DNA of 56,286 nt, filler included, from Platydemus manokwari (Eukaryota): NCBI GenBank assembly GCA_037951405.1. It is 5 parts of 5 records of this genome, joined end to end, with 100 filler letters (N's around TTAATTAATTAA, not from the genome) between each part and the next. Parts side by side here need not be neighbours in the genome. Positions count along the whole stretch, not along the records: positions 47,411 to 56,286 come from JBBMOY011305873.1; 4 more parts are not named here. One strand, given 5' to 3'. The notes beneath the pieces were generated by a model that was given only the letters and a program-made list of their open reading frames with translations, was not told the origin of the DNA and made no database searches. Both the position numbers and the translations under genes were made by a program. How positions within the stretch are numbered: position 1 is the first letter of the stretch; each line of letters begins with the position of its first letter. This document shows positions 49,060 to 56,286 of this stretch, one piece after another.

Positions 49060-52000
49060 AAACAAAAAAGTAAATTTGGGGAGGCTGGAATGAAACAACT
49101 GAGAAACATGAGGAAAGTTGTGAGACGATTGATAATTTAATATGAAACAGAACCATATCACCTGAATGCTTCTCACCCCAAACAATCTCCTGTCAACTCA
49201 ATAAAAGCTTTGACTACATCAAAGGCCGCACAGCCAAACTTTAAGACCCCTCAAAGAACTTCACAAGAAGTATCTTGATACTCCTCGTCATTAAACAAAG
49301 TTGAGGAGGTAGCACTGAAGGTACATTCGGTAAAACATCAATAATGGCCTCAGTGCCCGCTAATCTTCTATGATTCACTGGAAGCTACATAGATGATTGC
49401 ATTATCCAATAGATCTCCCCTAAAGAAGTGTACTATCTAAAATCCCACGTCACAGAAAATATTATCTACAGTCTAGGCATAGTTGCTCTTCAAAAATGCC
49501 GACTTACCATCACCTTAATCAATATAAACAATCAACACTGGAGAGTGTTAGACGGATATAAAGATAAGGAATTTGAGTTCAATGACCCAATTGGTGACAA
49601 AAGTGCCTTTTATGTAATGCAACGGCGAAGTAAGCACATTGATTAACACAATGAAACAGTACAAAGGTTGGGTTAATGCAACACTCAATGCACCGAGCAA
49701 TTACCAGAACCGACAGTCTGAAACAAACAATAACGACTGTAGATCCTTTATCCGTGTATAGGCAATAAGCATTACCAACAAACACCTAAATAACAGTATC
49801 AATGTTGAATCCATAAGAACCAGAATAGGGATAAGAACCCCTAAGAATTCTTATAAAACAATAAATATCGTGAGAGCTCATGTCGAAATCTCACAAGTAA
49901 AACATCAAGATGATCACCTATTCTCAGAGATACACTTGATCGTTCTCTGCAAAAGAGAAGTGAAATGCCTCAAATTCCTTATTTTGAAACCCTCTCTAAG
50001 CAAAGCCCTGGCCACCATCAATATAGAACATATCAAAGAATGCCTTTCATTTAAATATTTCAACAAACGAGAAATCATCTTCTGCCCGACACTCATAAAA
50101 TGCAAGAAATTAATTTTGACGATTGCCAATGTAATCAGTAAAGATATCACTTTACGTGATCCCGAAAGAGACTCACCGGATGGAGAGAAGACTGAATTGC
50201 TGTTAAATCTCAAAGACAGCCTATCTCATTTTTTATGGAGGAAAGCCAAACTAGATAATACAATACCAAACCAAAATAGATTCCTCCAGTCAAATTTTGG
50301 CGAATGCAAACCAATAGTATATGGATGCATGCGTAATATGTGTAACGATACCAACCTGCTTCTGATCAACACGGGGAAGTAAAAGAGCAAGCACCGTTTT
50401 AATAGAACACCAGAAGCTGTGGGAATAAGGATAATAATTATTTGCAATTCCAAATGAGATGCCGAAAGACGCACTCCAAATTAGACAGAGCTTAGCACAT
50501 GACCTCGCTAAAAATCTTAAAGGGGAAACTATAAAGAGTACGTACCAAATGATCTAAGACTACATCAAAAGCATGCCAATAATTAAACCACTCATGCCTA
50601 TCTTCCTAGGAAGAACAAATAATGATCTAAATGAAGGGCAAACTTATGGGAAATACAAAACTTGTTTAACAATATGCCATCAGCGACATTTGAAATTATT
50701 ACCAGAACTACTAACTCAAATGCATGGTCCAAGAAATCCGAGTACGAGAAGCGTGATACAAAAAAGTAAGACGAACACATTGCGATACCTGAATGTCAAT
50801 CACTATGCAACAAACCTTGCAACCAAATTAGTGAGCTAAAGAAACTTACCAAACCTACCAACTCTTACATGCCCTATTAAAAAAATCCATGCAAAGTACG
50901 GAGATTCTTGAGGAATGGCGGAAAAACTCTGCAACAATGATCCCCAATCCGAAGAAATAAGGGCAATATGATAAAATAGAATCCTGGACTTATTAAATTG
51001 TTGCTACAAACTACTTAGAACGATTCTGTGTCAGCAAGTAAGAGAATGGATTGACGAAAATAACCTAATACATCCTCTACAGAAAAGCTTAGGGCCCACA
51101 GATGGATATGAGGAACATAATTTCTTAATACTAGCCCCAATGGAAAAATACTCCATATTGTGTTTATGGACATTGAGGAGGTCTTTTCTTTCATTAATAC
51201 TGAAGTCATGTTCACATCCTAGAACATATGGGAATGAAGGAAAAATCATATGAACCTATTAACGGCTTGTACAAATATTGTTGGACAATGTTCAAATGTG
51301 AATATTATGAAACAACTCCAATTGAAATAAAGCGCAGGTTACCCGATATCAATGTTACTATTCAATATCTCAATTAATCCCATAGTGGTCAAATGGAGGA
51401 AAACAAAATGAGAAGGTTGTTGACAGCCAACAATAGAATCGCTTGCCAGCAGAAGTAGCAAACGGTTGCTAGCTGGAAGAAGCAAAAGTCCATGATTAAC
51501 GACTCATCAATATTAGATTAATTACTTGGCTTTCGATTCAAATTATCTACACATTCAAGGTATATACACAACACAAAAAATGGCTCAATTTTTAAATTCG
51601 AAACGGTCAATAACTTCCTGATGATGCGAATCGACCAAAATATTTATTATAATGGAATCGATCACACTAGATCAACAATCGTGGAACCAAAAAGAATCAA
51701 AGAAGCTCCTAAACTACTAAGGGGATACTTCATGCTACAATAGCCTCAGTAGTAAGATGATTCCGATGTGGACAAACATAGTTTTGCAAGGTTTCCTATT
51801 AGAGTTTCATTTTATCAAAAAGGCAAGAACAGACAATCTGTCAACAATGGAATGGCATGCAGAAAGTGTCTCTGTTCAAAAGTCACAGACGCATGTGTTC
51901 ACTCTGTTTAAGCCTTCCACCTCTTTCAAAACATGATCAAGTTATGAAAATTCAATCAAACTATGTAGTCAAAAACACAGACTACCACGTGTAACCTGAC

Positions 52001-52520
52001 TGAAATTGCCAATTCACCAACTCAAATTTGTGAGTAGACTTACAGATGATCAATGAACGGAAGTATACGATTATGTTGGTGAACATTCAATGCCCAAAGG
52101 ACAAGCCGAAAATGATCGAAGAAAACAGTGATGAGAACCTAGATAAATAATCAACTCTTCGAAATGAAGTGAAAAACAAAAGACCCAACTTTACAGTGGA
52201 ACTCCATACACTTATAGTTAGAGTACTGATGTATCTGTGAAATCCATCGACCTCATCTTACGGAAACCTAGGCTACCAGAACGGCCAATCAATAAAATCG
52301 CAATGCATTGCATTTAATCGATAACTCTGATATATTAAGTCAGGTTTAGCTTGATTTCTCAATTATTAATGTTTGCAAATTAATATTATTTTTTTGTATT
52401 TTTGTTTAAACAAAATGAATTTTAAGCAGAAAAAAACAAATAATCGTAAAAATTCAGTTTTTCATTTGTTAAACATTTTTCCAAAAATAACTTTCAGACA
52501 ATCATTAGCTGATAGCAAAT
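49060..52520 (+). mobile_element. Decayed non-LTR retrotransposon of RLE-endonuclease (NeSL/R2/R4-like) type
   Basis: RT motifs FMDIEEVF (~51163) and IKR...LFNISINP (~51327-51381), CCHC-like CRKC...TH (~51858-51900), and RLE-like IMLVNIQCP...LIV.VL (~52070-52230), in the correct order. A-rich + strand; many stops. Confidence 0.65.
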
Positions 52521-53959
52521 GTTGTTTCTTGTGAATTAAAAACGTGATTTCTTTGATGAGGATTTAGAAATATTGAAGGTCCAAGAATTTTTGATAAATT
52601 CTAACTCCACAATTGAAACTATAGAAAGATCAGTAATTGATTCAGAGGTAAATATTTACTGATTCTTGTGACTCACTTATTTTGAAAACAATTCTTGTAG
52701 TTTAGCAAGCATTTCGATTAAATGCACTTCAATTTAACGCTTGTTGGTTGTTGATATTCTTTTAACATATCGGGTTACCTCAATAATGACTGACCCCGAA
52801 TAACTGAATATATCCGGTCATTTATTAATAAAGGCAGGTTAAAGTTAAGAAAAATAAGCATCAAACAAACATGATAATAGTCAAAATAGCGAGAAAGAAT
52901 TTCATCGTGCAAAACTGACAATCAAAACAACCAAAAGAATGAAGCTATAAATGTGAAATTATATGATTTTATAAAAGCTTGAGCATAGAAAAAATTTAAT
53001 ATTGAATTAGGATAACTCAGCTAGAGGAAAAATTACTAATTTTGCAATTTTAATATTAATAATAAAATTAAACATTATATATAATCATTATAATTTATAA
53101 ATTATCACAGCTTTTGATGAAATCTATCAATAAATTATTAAGTTAAATAATGTCCAATATCTGGTGATATCTCGACAAATATTTCCTCTAACCTGTGCTA
53201 TCAATCTTGACAAAAATACCAAAAATAAAATTCGAGATTCAAATCCTCCATGATATGATTACACCTAGATTACCGCATACATTTGCCGTTATTTGAAAGC
53301 TAAAAAATGTTATTCACAAGCAAAAAAAATTTTTATCTTGATATGTAACCATTTTATGTTTTGATAGAACAATGATTCTACTATTTACATATGTGCCGAT
53401 AGTCATGATGGCTATGTTCTAATCACCATTGATGATTTGAATGAGTTTTTTACAATTTTATACATTGATGGTCCCCAATACCGCATCTAAACTTTATTTC
53501 ATTGAATAATTGGAAACTGTCGCCACTAATAACTATTTCAAACTGAAGTAGGAATCAGCTATTATTTTGAAATTAAATTATAATTCTCAAAATTATTCTA
53601 TAAAATTTATAAAATGTGTCAAATATAAAAAAAATGGGCTTAAGTAAAGAAACATGGTCCTTTGATCTCGTTTTGTTATAATGAATTTTCGCTCACGAGA
53701 TAATTTTATAACTTAATTTTATATATAACTGCTATGTTTGATTTATTCTTATAATTCAGTTAATGTCTCATTTTTTAAGATGTCTAAAAGTGACAAAATA
53801 TTGTTTTAAAACCAAGTTCCCATTCTAATCACAACAGTTCTTTATGATTATTTGAGTTTTTAAATTTAAATTTTTATAATTATAAATCGAGTTAATTAAT
53901 TACAGACATGTTTAATAATATCATTGCTTATTTTATTAAAATAATTGTAAAAAATGAGA

Positions 53960-54245
53960 ATATCTCTCAATTTGCTTCTAATGTTAAAAAAGGGGGTCCT
54001 GGCTAATTTTCATTAAATTGCAATTCGGCATACTTTTTTCATTTTTTCAAATAATCAGATTTTAGGAGATTTTCAAGCTCTCGTGTATTTAATATTTTAA
54101 ATTTCAAATAACTAAAATTCTTCTTAAGTACTTCAATAAAAAAATTCAAAATGTTTTTAAAGAATATAATTAAATAAACTGTATAGAATTTTGCAATACA
54201 CTCAACAAATTTAAAATTTCATTTTAGGACCTTTTTTTTTAACTT
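53960..54245 (-). repeat. Dispersed repeat; inverted copy of 16370-16650
   Basis: Reverse-complement similarity as described for 16370-16650. Confidence 0.8.
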
Positions 54246-54661
54246 TAACCCAAATTTGTTTTAAATTTTTATCGAACCCAGACATTCAAAAGATTAAATA
54301 CATCAGATATTATTTAATTTTTATTAGTCGAAATAATAATTTAAAACAAAACTTACAACTCATCCATGACTCATAAATTGATTAAAGTTGTAGCAATACA
54401 TCACAACTATTTAGACAAGAAATTGAATATTCTGTGCTATTGATGAAAACGAATTATTTTGGTGAAAAATCTATGAAGTGCATGAAATCAATATTATCTC
54501 CAAACATTTATCTTTTCACCCATAAATAACTTATATTAAAATATGAAAATAGATTGGCAATGTTATATTAAGCGACAGGGATACAACATGTGCAACAGTC
54601 ATAAACGGTAGTGGTATGCTATCTGTTATTTCAGAGCCAAAATATAATATAAATTATGTAA

Positions 54662-56062
54662 ATGAGCTTACAAACTATTTTCGTTATGAAACCGGTTTGG
54701 ATAATTTTATTCTCATTGGTCATTTTTGTGGTATCTGAACACGGATTTGTGGTTAGATTCCAAACTAATACCAATGGGAGCATTACTCAAATCAAGACAT
54801 TGGAAGAGCAAACAACAGTATTCGATGGATATATAAGCTATTATATTAAAAGTGAATCTCTGAAAAATGAAGATCTGACTCTGAAATGTTGGATGGATTA
54901 TGAGAAGGTGGGTGTCGTATTGAATTGGACAGATAAAACGTTACCGAAACCGACTTATAGCAGTTATACACAGAAATTTCAAGTTCTAATACAAGCTAAG
55001 AGATTAGGTGGATCATTTTTAATGTGCTCGGTAAATTTACACGGCAACTCAGTGGAACTGTATGAAACGAAAATCGTACATCTTGTAGTGACACGAACAA
55101 ACACGGTTGTCGAATTAATTTTTCGAATAACAGTATCAGTTTATATCATATTTCTGACCTTTGCTATGGGCTGCGGGGTTGATCGAGAAGTCATTATGGG
55201 ATATGTTAAAAATCCTATTTCCCCTTTCATTGGATTCTTTTCTCAATTTGTATTTATGCCGGTAATATTTGCGCTAGTAGGTCGATTTTCCAAAATCGAC
55301 AATGCTTTTGGTTTTGGCTTGTTGACAATTGGGTGTTCTCCAGGCGGGGGTGCTAGTACAATATGGACAGCTCTGTTAGGAGGTGACGTTAATTTAAGCA
55401 TGATAATGACGTTTGTTAGTTCATTTGCTGCATTAGGCTTGATGCCTCTCTGGTTATTTTTGTTTGGGCGATTTTTCATCGATCCAAACGTTATTCAAAT
55501 TCCATACGGGAATATTTGCTTGAATCTATTAAAAATTGTCATACCAGCAGGGATTGGAGTTTTAGTTCGATGGAAATGGAAGAAACAAGCGAGAGCCTTA
55601 TCGAAGCGAGTGAAGATGATGGGATTTGTATTCATTGTATTTATTCTTACGTTTGGAACTTATGTTAACTTATATATTTATAAGTTGATTGGTGATTACA
55701 TTTATCTTTTGCCAATCGGAGCCTTACTTCCTTGGACTGGATTTTTATTTGGATTTGTGTTGGCGATTTTAACACAGAGGACTAAAGCTCAAGCAATTGC
55801 TATATCCTTGGAGACTGGGTTTCAAAATATTGCTATACCTCTTTTGATTCTAAAGTATTCCATTCCACAACCTGATGGCGATTTGGGAACGATGATGCCC
55901 ATAATTGTAGTGCTATTCACACCGTTGCCTTTGTATATTGGTTTCATAATTACTACAATCAAAAAATTTATCAAGAAAACCAAAGAATCGCCAGATATGA
56001 TGAGAATGAACCCATTATCAGATGATGCAGGAAATAGGGTGATGGTGGAAAATGTCGATTAG
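54662..56062 (+). CDS. SLC10 family sodium/bile acid symporter (ASBT/P3-like), single-exon, 466 aa
   Basis: Intact ORF with signal peptide and luminal N-terminal extension, then SBF motifs FAMGC, GFFSQFVFMP, GCSPGGGAS, GDVNLSMIMTFVS, AISLETGFQN. Confidence 0.93.
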   Translation: MSLQTIFVMKPVWIILFSLVIFVVSEHGFVVRFQTNTNGSITQIKTLEEQTTVFDGYISYYIKSESLKNEDLTLKCWMDYEKVGVVLNWTDKTLPKPTYSSYTQKFQVLIQAKRLGGSFLMCSVNLHGNSVELYETKIVHLVVTRTNTVVELIFRITVSVYIIFLTFAMGCGVDREVIMGYVKNPISPFIGFFSQFVFMPVIFALVGRFSKIDNAFGFGLLTIGCSPGGGASTIWTALLGGDVNLSMIMTFVSSFAALGLMPLWLFLFGRFFIDPNVIQIPYGNICLNLLKIVIPAGIGVLVRWKWKKQARALSKRVKMMGFVFIVFILTFGTYVNLYIYKLIGDYIYLLPIGALLPWTGFLFGFVLAILTQRTKAQAIAISLETGFQNIAIPLLILKYSIPQPDGDLGTMMPIIVVLFTPLPLYIGFIITTIKKFIKKTKESPDMMRMNPLSDDAGNRVMVENVD

Positions 56063-56286
56063 AAAAAATGTTTTCATTTCTTATCCAGTTATTGTAAAAG
56101 AACATTTTTTCATGGAACCTTTGAATTTAGCCTTATAAACATATTTTAGGTGCTGGTGGTGACAAATGTTGATGAATGAGAATTTGTTTTAAAAAAAGAT
56201 ATTAATTTGATCTTTTAATAATTTAGGTCAGATGATAGACGAAATAAAATATATCAAATGAAAGGTTTTACTTTCCTTGAACAAAT

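Overview
Very AT-rich eukaryotic genomic DNA with many short (about 42-55 nt) GT-AG introns. It is most consistent with a planarian or other flatworm genome; this is an inference from composition, intron size, the TRAF/MATH-type genes and the TE content. Four 100-bp assembly gaps carry an artificial TTAATTAATTAA linker, so adjacency across gaps is not guaranteed. Five host genes are supported, all on the + strand: a divergent eIF4B (5 coding exons), LRRC61 (8 exons), a TRAF-like RING/Zn-finger/coiled-coil/MATH gene (4 exons), the 5' half of a rhodopsin-family peptide GPCR, and an intronless SLC10 Na+/bile-acid symporter. Most of the remainder is decayed TEs: hAT with a nested mariner, a Charlie-like hAT MITE, Tigger, piggyBac, Ty3/gypsy remnants, solo LTRs, an L1-like fragment and an RLE-type non-LTR element. 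The most interesting unexplained signals are (1) a tandem pair, possibly a triplet, of type III-topology hammerhead ribozyme motifs in a structured ~400-nt island at 41.1-41.5 kb; (2) a candidate box C/D RNA with a 14-bp internal stem in a putative 5'-UTR intron of eIF4B; (3) a palindrome array and a three-way-junction RNA fold in an LTR-like block at 28.6-29.7 kb; (4) an eIF4B whose RRM has lost its RNA-stacking aromatic residues. All exon models and family calls were made by eye and need confirmation by search or RNA-seq.
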